Origin: an uncultured bacterium | GTDB taxonomy: Bacteria > Muiribacteriota > UBA6191 | Assembly: GCA_964603885.1 (NCBI GenBank) | Contig: CAZRWM010000002.1 | Span: 1-62,749, forward strand | Reading direction: 5' to 3' | Length of the DNA stretch: 62,749 nt | Shown here: one piece after another, positions 30,135-39,418 of the stretch | Layout: each line of letters starts with the position of its first letter | Numbering within the stretch: the first letter of the stretch is position 1 | The notes under the pieces: model-generated | The model's database searches: none | Told to the model about the DNA's origin: nothing | What the model saw: the letters and a program-made list of their open reading frames with translations, nothing else | Made by a program: the position numbers and the translations under genes

Positions 30135-30686
30135 CTATTGCTTAAATAATCTTCTGATAATTCCTACACTTTGGATTTCTTCAATATTTTTGATTTTCTG
30201 TTCTACTTGTAATACTCGATCAAAATATTGTTGAATTGTACTTTGTTGGTCCAGCATTGAGAATGCTAACTCCTTTTTCATTGTTTTAAGACGTTTATGA
30301 ATTGAGGAGTCGAGTACTTTTTCACGTTGTTTCATCTCTAATAATTGATCAACTGTTTGTTCTTCTAAATCTTCAAATTGAGTTTTTAGTAACCAAATAA
30401 CTTCTTCAATTTTCTTATTTTGTTTTTCTAAGGTTTTCTGCAAATTGTTGATCTCTTGTTTGATTTCAGTTTGCTGATCTTCAATTTGGATGTACTTTGA
30501 GTTTGTTCTATCTAAAGAGCATTGAAGCTTTTGCACTTTATTGCGTTTATTCCGAATTTTTTGGATGCCCTGGACAATATTTTGCTGTCGAGAATTAAAC
30601 CAATGTTTTATATCTGAGAATCTAATTACAGGTTGGAAATCTCGTATCGGCTGCATGTAAATCTCCTTTGCCTTTTCATCGGACAA
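30135..30686 (-). CDS. Coiled-coil protein (183 aa), unknown function
   Basis: The ORF is rich in E/K/Q heptads, lies 4 nt from the tatD-like start, and has no recognisable domain. Confidence 0.5.
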   Translation of the reverse strand: MSDEKAKEIYMQPIRDFQPVIRFSDIKHWFNSRQQNIVQGIQKIRNKRNKVQKLQCSLDRTNSKYIQIEDQQTEIKQEINNLQKTLEKQNKKIEEVIWLLKTQFEDLEEQTVDQLLEMKQREKVLDSSIHKRLKTMKKELAFSMLDQQSTIQQYFDRVLQVEQKIKNIEEIQSVGIIRRLFKQ

Positions 30687-30740
30687 GTGATCAATATTGT
30701 CGACAAATTCAGTAAAATTTTGAGTTTCGTATTTTTATGG

Positions 30741-31283
30741 CTAAAATCGTCGACGTATCACTTTATGAAAGCCAACAATCATCAAATACGCTAAAAGAAT
30801 TTTGGGGATGGAGCTCAACATAAAAGGGGTCATAGCAATTGCAACATCAAACCAATAGGAATTTGTGATATACGATTGCCAGCTTATACCGACTAAATAA
30901 ATAATCGTACTATGAATTAATAAGGCAACAATTATATAAAACCAATGTGTAATAATTCGTTTTTGAAATATTTGGCATAAGACAGTCGCCACCCAAAATC
31001 CTATTAGGTAACCCCCCGTTATTTCAAAAAAATATGATATTCCTCCTCCCTTGCTGAATACGGGAAAACCAAAGGCACCTAATGCCAAATATAGAGTTAC
31101 CGACAGAATACCAAAAGGAGCAGGTAAGCCCAGAGCAGCTAACTGAATCATAGGAACTTGAAAAGTTATTGGAATACCAATAGGTAGTGGTACTCTCAAG
31201 TATGTTCCTGCAATAATTCCGCTACATAAAAGAGCGGCCAATATAGAATATCTTAATCTTTTTCGAGTATTCGAAGATTGCAT
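30741..31283 (-). CDS. bioY: Biotin transporter BioY
   Basis: 180 aa. Motifs VPLPIGIPITFQV, LALGAFGFPVFSKGGG and TGGYLIGF. Confidence 0.85.
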   Translation of the reverse strand: MQSSNTRKRLRYSILAALLCSGIIAGTYLRVPLPIGIPITFQVPMIQLAALGLPAPFGILSVTLYLALGAFGFPVFSKGGGISYFFEITGGYLIGFWVATVLCQIFQKRIITHWFYIIVALLIHSTIIYLVGISWQSYITNSYWFDVAIAMTPFMLSSIPKILLAYLMIVGFHKVIRRRF

Positions 31284-31304
31284 GCTTAGGCTGTATACTC
31301 ATGA

Positions 31305-31691
31305 ATGGAGTTTGAGTCAAGCATGATAAATAGAACAATGTCACAAACTAGATTGAATGAATTATTCATTTTGGGGATAGAACACTTTAATAAAGGACTA
31401 TTTTATGAGGCTCACGAGTTTTGGGAGGAAATCTGGCATACCCGACATGGTTCCGAAAAAGCGTTTTTTCAGGCTTTAATATTGCTAGCAGGTGTTGGAG
31501 TACATTATCAGAAAAAGCGATTTGGTCCTGCAGATAGGTTGCTAAGATTAGCTGCAATAAGACTTAAAGAATCTGAAGAATCTATTTCGAATTATTTTGA
31601 CCCTAGATTACTTACTACTATTCATGAGCATTTACAAAATTCAGGTATAGAAGGCATTCCTGAATTGAAAACGATTAATCCACTAGTTTAG
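31305..31691 (+). CDS. DUF309 domain protein
   Basis: 128 aa. Motif FNKGLFYEAHEFWEEIWH followed by ALILLAGVGVHY. Confidence 0.65.
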   Translation: MEFESSMINRTMSQTRLNELFILGIEHFNKGLFYEAHEFWEEIWHTRHGSEKAFFQALILLAGVGVHYQKKRFGPADRLLRLAAIRLKESEESISNYFDPRLLTTIHEHLQNSGIEGIPELKTINPLV

Positions 31692-32154
31692 TATCAAAAG
31701 TTAGGTTTGTAAAATCATGGCTTTTATATTTAACATTTAGAATCATACCCTTTAATCTAGAAACGCCTTTTAATTGTTCATGTATTAGTTGATACTGAGA
31801 TGTAGATCGATTCGTTTCACCAGTCAATGGATTAGCTTTCGGTAATAATTCAAACGATACGGTTTGCTTAACAGATTTATTTAAGAAACGACCATGAATT
31901 ACTAATTTGATTTTTTGCTTTACCAAGCGGACATAGTTTTCTGCACAACCATCTAGAAACCATGCTTGTAAAGAACCTTTGTTGGGATCATGTAATAACT
32001 CCATCAAACCAAAATGATCACCCAATTCTATCAAAACACCACCATGAGGAGCTTCATGAGTGTGAACTTCATCGATAGTAGCTGTATTAGAATTATTATT
32101 TGCGCCGGAGAATATTGTGTTGATGGCTAATATAAGTATAATTACAAACTTCAT
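31675..32154 (-). CDS. Secreted His-containing protein (159 aa), unknown function
   Basis: A signal peptide is followed by HTHEAPHGGVLIELGDHFGLMELLHD. This suggests a periplasmic metal-binding module but is not assignable by eye. Confidence 0.45.
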   Translation of the reverse strand: MKFVIILILAINTIFSGANNNSNTATIDEVHTHEAPHGGVLIELGDHFGLMELLHDPNKGSLQAWFLDGCAENYVRLVKQKIKLVIHGRFLNKSVKQTVSFELLPKANPLTGETNRSTSQYQLIHEQLKGVSRLKGMILNVKYKSHDFTNLTFDTKLVD

Positions 32155-32221
32155 AATGTACCTTTTATTTGACCTACTTTAATCCGAGTAATTTACAATC
32201 GATTAAATCAAATTTCAACCA

Positions 32222-32965
32222 ATGACGACTGTGTTAACAATATCGCGAGACGTATTAATTGATGCGAAGAGAAACTCTTTGTTTCATGTCACAATTTTAA
32301 TTTGTCTTGGATTAGTGTTTTTATTTACAACGGTGTCAATTTTAGATAGTAATTTTGGTGGAAAAATATACGTAGAATTAGGCTTTACAATATTATGGTT
32401 CGTACATTTTCTATTAGCACTTCTTTACAGCATAGAATGTCTTTATGGAGAAGAAGAACGTAAAAGTATTTATTTCTACCTGAGTCGTTTTGTAAGTCGA
32501 CAAGAATATTTAATAGGTAAATATTTAGGTATTATCGCTGTTCTTGCTTCAAGCTTAGGTGTGAGTGGCTTTATCTTTCTTTCATGCAGTACATATCTGA
32601 TAGGATTTAAGGCCCAAATTTTATGGGGTTTAATGTTTATTTTCCTAGAACTAACCACCATATGTAGTGTGATTTTATTTTTATCTAGATTATTTAGTAA
32701 GTTTCTTTGTTTTTTTATATTTATTTTTATTTTCTTTTTTACTAATTTTTTAGAATTTATAAAAATTGGAAGTGATACGGCGCCGTTTGTCAAAATGATT
32801 TATATGTTTCTCCCTAACTTTAAGTATTTTGATTTTATTGAAATGGTGGTTCACGCAAAACAAATATCCATGGAATACGTCCTATTTTTAACGGTTTATG
32901 CAATATTTATTTGCTTGACTATGATATCTCTGAGTGTGCTGCAGTATGAGCAAAAGCAAGTTTAG
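32222..32965 (+). CDS. ABC-2-type transporter permease (paralogue A)
   Basis: 247 aa with 6 hydrophobic segments. It is clearly paralogous to 34814-35554: the N-termini are VLIDAKRNSLFHVTIL versus VVLEARRNSFFWLSVF, and both carry YGEEERKSIYFYLSR / YGEDNRLSIYFYLSR. Confidence 0.6.
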   Translation: MTTVLTISRDVLIDAKRNSLFHVTILICLGLVFLFTTVSILDSNFGGKIYVELGFTILWFVHFLLALLYSIECLYGEEERKSIYFYLSRFVSRQEYLIGKYLGIIAVLASSLGVSGFIFLSCSTYLIGFKAQILWGLMFIFLELTTICSVILFLSRLFSKFLCFFIFIFIFFFTNFLEFIKIGSDTAPFVKMIYMFLPNFKYFDFIEMVVHAKQISMEYVLFLTVYAIFICLTMISLSVLQYEQKQV

Positions 32966-34061
32966 AATTTGGTTATTTTTGTCACTTTTGAGCACCGCTA
33001 TTTGTTTGGCCAGTATGCTACTTAATCTGCGTCAAGCAGCAGGTGTATATCTTGCAAAAGATATATTCGATCAAATTCGCGAAGAAACTCGCTATTTTGC
33101 TTCAGACCTTCTTTGGCAAAGGGTTGATACGTATGGCCATTTTGGTGAATGGATCAAAGAAAAAGATGGCGATAAAGAATTTTATTATAGTGTATTTTCT
33201 AAACAAGCTGAGATAAGAGCTTTATGGAGGCTCTCAGTTAGCCTAAATAACGAAAATATTTCGAGAGTATGTTTAGTAGCAAACGCTTTAGGTGTTAACC
33301 ACCAACGTTTTGATGAAGCTTTAACCATACTACGTGGTGCTATTCTGCAACATCCAGACCACAAACGCTTGTACAGGTTATATGGTGAGATGGGAATAAT
33401 TTACTTTCAAGGCATTCGTGATCCAATTAAAGCCCTTAGACACTTAAAGCACAGTATCGAAGTTCTTCGAAAACTAAACCCGCAAGAATATTCATTTGAA
33501 GATTTATTTAATATTCGTCTGTATGCTTTTTCTGCAAGTATAATTTTGTTCAATGCTAAGCAACCTGAAGAGGCATATAAGTATCATCGTATGGCGTTTT
33601 ATGAGCCTGGTAACGATGAATACAATGCTGCGATGAATAAAATGTTAGATGAAAAAAATGAGCAACAAGTGAAAATTATTCAAAAACAGCGGTATGAGAA
33701 GATACGAAAGAAATATCAAAAACAAGGTCATTCACACGGCCACAGTCACGGGCATGGACATGACCATCATCATTCTTCAAGTAATATGGATCATACTCAT
33801 GTAGAAGATACACAGAGTATGGTGTCAGCAGTAAATCCAAAATCTGAAAGTAAGGTGAAAAAAGATAAGGAAGTAATCAGAGGTTCAATGGATCGTCATG
33901 ATATGGAGAATGAAAGACAAGACATGAGGAATATTTTCGTACATATGATTCCTCAAGTGAATACTCAATTCTACCTACCGATTGGGGTTACGAGTATGAA
34001 TATATTCTTACTGTTGTCTTTAATACCTTTATTCTATTTAATTTTGAGGAGAAAGCCCTAA
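32946..34061 (+). CDS. Bitopic membrane protein with TPR-like region and His-rich tract
   Basis: It has N- and C-terminal TM helices. The tract GHSHGHSHGHGHDHHH is encoded at 33726-33773. The start may be 32934 or 32946. Confidence 0.5.
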   Translation: MSKSKFRIWLFLSLLSTAICLASMLLNLRQAAGVYLAKDIFDQIREETRYFASDLLWQRVDTYGHFGEWIKEKDGDKEFYYSVFSKQAEIRALWRLSVSLNNENISRVCLVANALGVNHQRFDEALTILRGAILQHPDHKRLYRLYGEMGIIYFQGIRDPIKALRHLKHSIEVLRKLNPQEYSFEDLFNIRLYAFSASIILFNAKQPEEAYKYHRMAFYEPGNDEYNAAMNKMLDEKNEQQVKIIQKQRYEKIRKKYQKQGHSHGHSHGHGHDHHHSSSNMDHTHVEDTQSMVSAVNPKSESKVKKDKEVIRGSMDRHDMENERQDMRNIFVHMIPQVNTQFYLPIGVTSMNIFLLLSLIPLFYLILRRKP

Positions 34062-34065
34062 AGTA

Positions 34066-34812
34066 ATGAGTGATAATACTAAGAATATTCTGGAGTTAAA
34101 AGATTTGAAGGTCAGCTTTAAGGTAGGCTGGGACAAGTATAAAGAGGTATTGCACGGCATTAGTTTTAATGTTCCGAAAAATAAGATTTTTGGATTTCTA
34201 GGCCCTAATGGATCCGGTAAAACTACGACTATAAAAACGGTACTAGGTTTGATTCCTGATTATGAAGGGGAAATTAAAATTTTTGGAGAATTTCGCTCAT
34301 CTGAATGTAGAAAATTTATAGGTTTTTCTCCGGAAAATGCATACTTTAGCCCTCTACTAACTCCACGAGAAGTTATCAGGAGTATGGGCAACCTTAGTAA
34401 GCTAAGCAAAGATATAATTCATAAAACAGGTACATATTGGTTGGAGAGATTAAAACTTGGTCATGTTATTGATTCTCCAATTAAAACTTTTTCCAAAGGA
34501 ATGCGGCAAAGATTGAATATTGTTCAGGCTTTGTTGCATGATCCAATGTTTCTAATTTTAGACGAACCAACTACAGGTCTTGACCCTCTCGGAAGACAAG
34601 AAATAAAACAGTTGATAGAGGAGATGCGCAATAAAGGTAAAACTATACTCATAAGTACCCATAATTTATTGGAGGCACAACAAATTTGCGATGAAATTTG
34701 CATTATTTATGATGGACAAATTTTAACTGGAGGTATGGTAGATAACTTGTTAGGTGAAAAGCAAAATTTAGAAGAATTTTTCATTGAAAAAGTTACTACA
34801 GCGAAGGTCTAG
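34066..34812 (+). CDS. ABC transporter ATP-binding protein
   Basis: 248 aa. Walker A GPNGSGKTT, signature FSKGMRQRL, Walker B FLILDEPTTGLD, and the H-loop STHN. Confidence 0.92.
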   Translation: MSDNTKNILELKDLKVSFKVGWDKYKEVLHGISFNVPKNKIFGFLGPNGSGKTTTIKTVLGLIPDYEGEIKIFGEFRSSECRKFIGFSPENAYFSPLLTPREVIRSMGNLSKLSKDIIHKTGTYWLERLKLGHVIDSPIKTFSKGMRQRLNIVQALLHDPMFLILDEPTTGLDPLGRQEIKQLIEEMRNKGKTILISTHNLLEAQQICDEICIIYDGQILTGGMVDNLLGEKQNLEEFFIEKVTTAKV

Positions 34813-34813
34813 T

Positions 34814-35554
34814 ATGTCGGCTATATTTCAAATTGCATATGATGTAGTACTAGAAGCTCGACGTAACTCATTCTTTTGGTTATCAGTATTTTTGGCTGTT
34901 CTGTTAGTCTCACTATTCGCAATATTATCTGGTACGAATCCAGATTTTCGTTTCGAAAAGTTCCTTCGTAATGGTTTAAGTATGGTTTGGTTGATTCATC
35001 TAGGTCTTGCACTTCTAGTGACTACTGAAACTATTTATGGCGAGGACAATCGTTTGAGTATTTATTTTTATTTAAGTAGAGACATAGATAGATTTAGTTA
35101 TTTGTTGGGTAAATTTTTCGGTTGTTGGGTGACACTTTTAATTAGTTTGTTTATGAGTTTTATTGTTATGACTTTTGTAGGTGGAACTCTAGTAGGTTTT
35201 GAAGAAAAAATAGCGCTATCATTTATATTTATCGCCTGGGAGTTAAGCCTATCAATAGCAATTATTATTATAATTTCAAGATTTTTTTCTAAAATACTCA
35301 CCTACTTTCTGTTTGGAGTAATTTTAGTAGGTAGTAATTTTATAGAATTCTTTATATTGAATGGTACGTCTGGTATTGAGTTTGTAATGACTTCTCTGCC
35401 AAGTTACAAATACTACAGTTATATAGAGCTAATTGTTGATAATCAATTCCCTCAAATTTGGCAATATATGATGATTCTAAGCTTATTTACCATTTGTGTT
35501 TCTGGAACAATAATGTGCTTAGCCAATTTCAAATTTAACAAGCAATACCTCTAA
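34814..35554 (+). CDS. ABC-2-type transporter permease (paralogue B)
   Basis: I prefer the ATG at 34814, 1 nt after the ATPase stop, over the ORF-track start at 34784. It is paralogous to 32222-32965. Confidence 0.62.
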   Translation: MSAIFQIAYDVVLEARRNSFFWLSVFLAVLLVSLFAILSGTNPDFRFEKFLRNGLSMVWLIHLGLALLVTTETIYGEDNRLSIYFYLSRDIDRFSYLLGKFFGCWVTLLISLFMSFIVMTFVGGTLVGFEEKIALSFIFIAWELSLSIAIIIIISRFFSKILTYFLFGVILVGSNFIEFFILNGTSGIEFVMTSLPSYKYYSYIELIVDNQFPQIWQYMMILSLFTICVSGTIMCLANFKFNKQYL

Positions 35555-35576
35555 ATGTTCGGTTTATCTGTAGCGA

Positions 35577-36968
35577 TTACCTTTCGAGTTTGCTAATTAA
35601 ATAACTCCATACAGCTTCAATAAAGTCTGCCCCTAAGTGTTTTTGCATCCGTTCGTAATGTAGAGGTAGATTTTCTATAAAGTCTTCATCACCCTCCCAA
35701 AATCTTTGCACCATTTTAGGATTAACGAAGCCTTTTTCAATACCTCTCTGCATAATCAATAGCATAATAGCCATATCATCACTGAAAGCTATGGGGTGAT
35801 TTATTATACCTTCTGGTACAAAATCGATAGGAGAAATAAGATAGATGAATCCCAGGCAAACTTCTGCTTTATGTCGTGGGTTTACCCCGGGTGAGTTCAA
35901 GACTTTACCGCAATATAAATAGACGGCTGGTAACATTTCGAGTTCTTGAAAAAGAGGGTTATCACCATGATCATTTTCTAAATTATTAATTTCAATAATC
36001 AGTTGTTTGTAATATTCATCTACTTCCTTCAATAAGTCATATACTTGACCATAAAGAGACTTTTCGAGACTAAAAGCCCAATTTACTACTTGCTGAATAT
36101 AAGTCCATATTAGCTCGAATACATTGCTGTCGGGTAGTGATACAATTCCCGGGTCTCCACCAAATCTATGAAAGGCAAACTCAACTAAAGGAACGTAAAT
36201 TGCCGGCACGGTAAATTCTTTTCCATCTATTTTGTATATCAAATCACCATTTTCACTTTTTGGAGGTAAATCTTCTTTGTAAGACTCATTAGGAGTAGGG
36301 AGAAATTTAGCTGCTGGACCCTCAGTTAGTATTTGATCAATTTTTAGCAAGTCAATATCAGAAAAGTCTATAGAATTTAAATCGTCTAAAAAGTCCAATT
36401 GTGATATGAGTTGACTTAATTGGTCACCCTTGAAAACTCTTTCTATTTTACCGGCAATGAATTCATCAAAAATTTGCTGGTAAATTTTAGTATGTTCCGC
36501 GGTATAACAAACTAGATAAATCTCATCCATATAATCATGTTTACGTAAAAATCCAATAACTTCCTCAATTGAAATTCGAGCTGATTTTTCAATAGGGTAT
36601 CCGTAGGTTCCCGTGGAAATAGCTGGAAATGCAATGCTACGAATTCCCAATTTCATAGCTCTTTTGAAACATGAATCGTAACAACTTCTTAAAAGGTCGG
36701 CTTCACCTGCACCACCGCCTTTCCAAATAGGTCCCACTGTATGAATTACATATTTGGAATATAAATCATATCCAGCAGTCACTTTGGCATCTCCAGTAGC
36801 ACAGCCTTTTAATGCCATACATTCTTTTAGCATATCCGGTCCTGCTGCAGCATGGATAGCTCCGTCAACTCCTTTTCCACCAAGTAAAGTTTCGTTGGCA
36901 GCATTCACAATAGCTTCTACCTTCATAGTGGTGATGTCTGCTGTAACAATACGAATTCTTTTAGGCAT
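35577..36968 (-). CDS. YmdB-type macrodomain protein fused to a ~290-aa C-terminal region containing a DUF1232-like motif
   Basis: Residues 1-175 align closely with E. coli YmdB (IVNAANETLLGGKGVDGAIHAAAGP...HTVGPIWKGG...IAFPAISTGTYGYP). The C-terminal part carries LGFIYLISPIDFVPEGIINHPIAFSDDMAIMLL (nt 35757-35855). Confidence 0.85.
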   Translation of the reverse strand: MPKRIRIVTADITTMKVEAIVNAANETLLGGKGVDGAIHAAAGPDMLKECMALKGCATGDAKVTAGYDLYSKYVIHTVGPIWKGGGAGEADLLRSCYDSCFKRAMKLGIRSIAFPAISTGTYGYPIEKSARISIEEVIGFLRKHDYMDEIYLVCYTAEHTKIYQQIFDEFIAGKIERVFKGDQLSQLISQLDFLDDLNSIDFSDIDLLKIDQILTEGPAAKFLPTPNESYKEDLPPKSENGDLIYKIDGKEFTVPAIYVPLVEFAFHRFGGDPGIVSLPDSNVFELIWTYIQQVVNWAFSLEKSLYGQVYDLLKEVDEYYKQLIIEINNLENDHGDNPLFQELEMLPAVYLYCGKVLNSPGVNPRHKAEVCLGFIYLISPIDFVPEGIINHPIAFSDDMAIMLLIMQRGIEKGFVNPKMVQRFWEGDEDFIENLPLHYERMQKHLGADFIEAVWSYLISKLER

Positions 36969-37048
36969 TAGAAAGGAATATGGACATGAGTGCTTAACTT
37001 ATTTCCGATTATAGACCATATAAGTACTCTGCTGAAAGAAGTCTTTCT

Positions 37049-37077
37049 TTGACAGTTATTTAATAGGTACGTATGTT
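37049..37077 (+). promoter_or_regulatory. Sigma70-type promoter for acs
   Basis: TTGACA (37049-37054), a 17-nt spacer, then TATGTT (37072-37077). GGAGG at 37091-37095 and GTG at 37102 follow downstream. Confidence 0.5.
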
Positions 37078-37101
37078 GTGAGTAACTCACGGAGGTTTAT
37101 T

Positions 37102-39003
37102 GTGACAAAAAAGACTAATCAAATTCTATCTAAAGATGAAGTAGAATTTGCGGCACCAGCAGATATTGTTGCCTCTGCGCAGATAAAACCTTCTGATTAT
37201 GAAGCAAACTATCGACGCTCAATTGAATCCTCTGAGGAGTTCTGGGCTGAGATAGCGACGCAGGAGTTAGACTGGTTTCGCAAATGGGATCAGGTAAGAG
37301 AATGGAATTATCCTAATTACCAATGGTTTTTAGGGGGTCAGCTTAATATAACTCACAACTGTCTCGATCGTCATATAAATTCGGGCAAGCGCAATCAAGT
37401 TGCTTTTATTTATGTAAACGAGAATGATAGGGAAATTAAGATTACTTATGGTGAACTACTGGAACGGGTAAACCGTTTTAGTAATGGATTGAAATCTCTT
37501 GGGATCGGAAAAGGTGACACAGTAACCATTTACATGGCAATGAGTATAGAGCAAATAGTAGCTATTCTAGCTTGCGCACGCATAGGTGCAATTCATTCCG
37601 TTGTGTACGGGGGATTTTCTGCTAGTGCTCTTCGCTTGCGAATAGAAGATGCTAAATCAAGTGTTGTAATTGGTTCAGCTTATACTGTGAGAAAAGGAAA
37701 GAAAATTGATTTGCGGACTATTGTAAGCCAGGCAGTTAATGATCTTGATTTTGTAGATCATATAATCATGGATATGCGCGATAATTTTGGTGATAAACTA
37801 GCTAGCAAAGAAATAAATTTTAGGGAATTTGAATTGGCACAAAATTCGATTTGTAAACCTGAAATTATGGATTCTGAAGATCCTTTATTCATACTGTACA
37901 CTTCGGGTACTACCGGTAAGCCTAAAGGTGTATTACACACGACGGGTGGATATAATCTTTATACTCATTTCACTACAAAAACTACATTTGACATAAAAAG
38001 TACGGATATTTTTTGGTGTACTGCGGACCCTGGTTGGATAACAGGGCATAGTTATATAATATATGGCCCTTTGTCAGTGGGACTTACTTCAGTGATTTCT
38101 GAGGGAGCACCAGACTTTCCAGAGCCAGATCAATGGTGGAAAATAATAGAGCGCTATCGAGTTAATGTGTTTTACACAGCTCCTACTGCAGTTAGGCTGT
38201 TTATGAAATACGGTGAAAAATGGCCAACTAACCGAGATCTTAGTTCTCTGAGAGTCTTAGGAAGTGTTGGAGAGCCCATTAATCCTGAGGCATGGGTTTG
38301 GTATCACAAATATATAGGTTCCGAGAAATGTGCAATTGTTGATACCTGGTGGCAAACGGAAACGGGCGGACATATGATAACAACTTTTCCCTCGATGAAA
38401 ACAAAACCAGGTCGTGCTGGTTTACCATTATTTGGTATTGATGCTGATGTTGTGTCTCGTGAAGGAAAACCTATTCCATCAAACACTGTGGGTTTACTTG
38501 TAATAAAACAACCGTGGCCATCAGGATTAAGAACTTGTTGGGGAGAACCAGAGCGTTATGAGTCATATTGGAAATCGATGGATGGTTATTACTTTCCTGG
38601 AGATCTCGCTACCAAAGATGAGGACGGATATATAATGATTTTAGGTCGCGCTGATGATGTATTAAATGTATCTGGTCATCGCATAGGAACCGCAGAGGTA
38701 GAAAGTGCTTTAGTATCTCATCAAGATATCGCCGAAGCTGCTGTTATAGGTAAACCTCATGAAGTTAAAGGGGAATCTATCAAAGGTTTTTGTATATTGA
38801 AATCTGATATAAAAGAATGTGATGATCTTGTTTATCAAGTCAAACGACATGTTAAGTCTGAATTGGGTTCATTAGCCGTTCCTGATGAAATTGAGTTTGT
38901 AAGTGGTTTGCCCAAGACCCGTAGTGGAAAAATTATGCGGCGAGTCTTGAAAGCAAAAGAGTTAGGTGAGGATATCGGGGATACGTCTACTTTGGAAGAC
39001 TAG
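37102..39003 (+). CDS. acs: Acetyl-CoA synthetase (acetate--CoA ligase)
   Basis: Motifs ILYTSGTTGKPKG, YWQTETGG and the C-terminal SGKIMRR. I prefer the GTG at 37102 (GGAGG 6 nt upstream). The ORF-track start at 37078 overlaps the predicted -10 element. Confidence 0.95.
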   Translation: MTKKTNQILSKDEVEFAAPADIVASAQIKPSDYEANYRRSIESSEEFWAEIATQELDWFRKWDQVREWNYPNYQWFLGGQLNITHNCLDRHINSGKRNQVAFIYVNENDREIKITYGELLERVNRFSNGLKSLGIGKGDTVTIYMAMSIEQIVAILACARIGAIHSVVYGGFSASALRLRIEDAKSSVVIGSAYTVRKGKKIDLRTIVSQAVNDLDFVDHIIMDMRDNFGDKLASKEINFREFELAQNSICKPEIMDSEDPLFILYTSGTTGKPKGVLHTTGGYNLYTHFTTKTTFDIKSTDIFWCTADPGWITGHSYIIYGPLSVGLTSVISEGAPDFPEPDQWWKIIERYRVNVFYTAPTAVRLFMKYGEKWPTNRDLSSLRVLGSVGEPINPEAWVWYHKYIGSEKCAIVDTWWQTETGGHMITTFPSMKTKPGRAGLPLFGIDADVVSREGKPIPSNTVGLLVIKQPWPSGLRTCWGEPERYESYWKSMDGYYFPGDLATKDEDGYIMILGRADDVLNVSGHRIGTAEVESALVSHQDIAEAAVIGKPHEVKGESIKGFCILKSDIKECDDLVYQVKRHVKSELGSLAVPDEIEFVSGLPKTRSGKIMRRVLKAKELGEDIGDTSTLED

Positions 39004-39008
39004 GTCGT

Positions 39009-39416
39009 TCAGTGAGATTTTATATAAGCGTCGATTTCTATTTGAACTAACCATTCTTCATGCAAAAGGCCTTGTACAATGAGAATACTACAAGCTGGTT
39101 GAATTGAACTAAAGAACTCTTTATGTACCGCAGCAACGGTATTTAAGTCATCCCGATTAATGATAAAAATCCTGGTACGAATAATATCCTCTATTGTACC
39201 TCCTGCTCTCAATACGCTCTCAAGTCCTTTTTCAAAACAACGATGTGCCTGTATATCAACATTATTAATTCCAATGGTTTGTCCAAATTCATCACCTGGT
39301 CCTGTACCGGATATACAGAGCAATTCATCAATTCGGTTTGCTTGCGCATATCCAATATTAGATTCGTAATCCGTACCAGATAGTGTGATTTGACGACTTT
39401 TTACCATTATGTTCAA
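39009..39416 (-). CDS. RidA/YjgF/UK114-family protein
   Basis: 135 aa. Typical family pattern (ISGTGP..., RTRIFI, IEIDAY). Confidence 0.7.
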   Translation of the reverse strand: MNIMVKSRQITLSGTDYESNIGYAQANRIDELLCISGTGPGDEFGQTIGINNVDIQAHRCFEKGLESVLRAGGTIEDIIRTRIFIINRDDLNTVAAVHKEFFSSIQPACSILIVQGLLHEEWLVQIEIDAYIKSH

Positions 39417-39418
39417 TC

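Noticed and set aside
33726-33773. His-codon tract as a slippage-prone microsatellite
   Set aside because: The codons are a mix of CAT/CAC/GGC/AGT/TCA/GAC without a perfect nucleotide repeat unit, so the repeat exists at the protein level only.
35577-36968. Macrodomain protein as a DarG-type antitoxin of a DarTG defence/TA module
   Set aside because: No DarT-like gene is adjacent (the neighbours are an ABC permease and acs). The macrodomain also matches the YmdB/OAADPr-deacetylase type rather than the DarG type.
37078-37101. ORF-track starts for acs (37078), permease B (34784), flagellin (45324) and the HATPase-like gene (61502)
   Set aside because: Downstream in-frame starts fit better. 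For acs, GGAGG precedes the GTG at 37102, and 37078 overlaps the predicted -10. For permease B, the ATG is 1 nt after the upstream stop. For the flagellin, AAGGAG lies upstream of 45375/45378. For the HATPase-like gene, the ATG at 61556 is preferred over the TTG at 61502.
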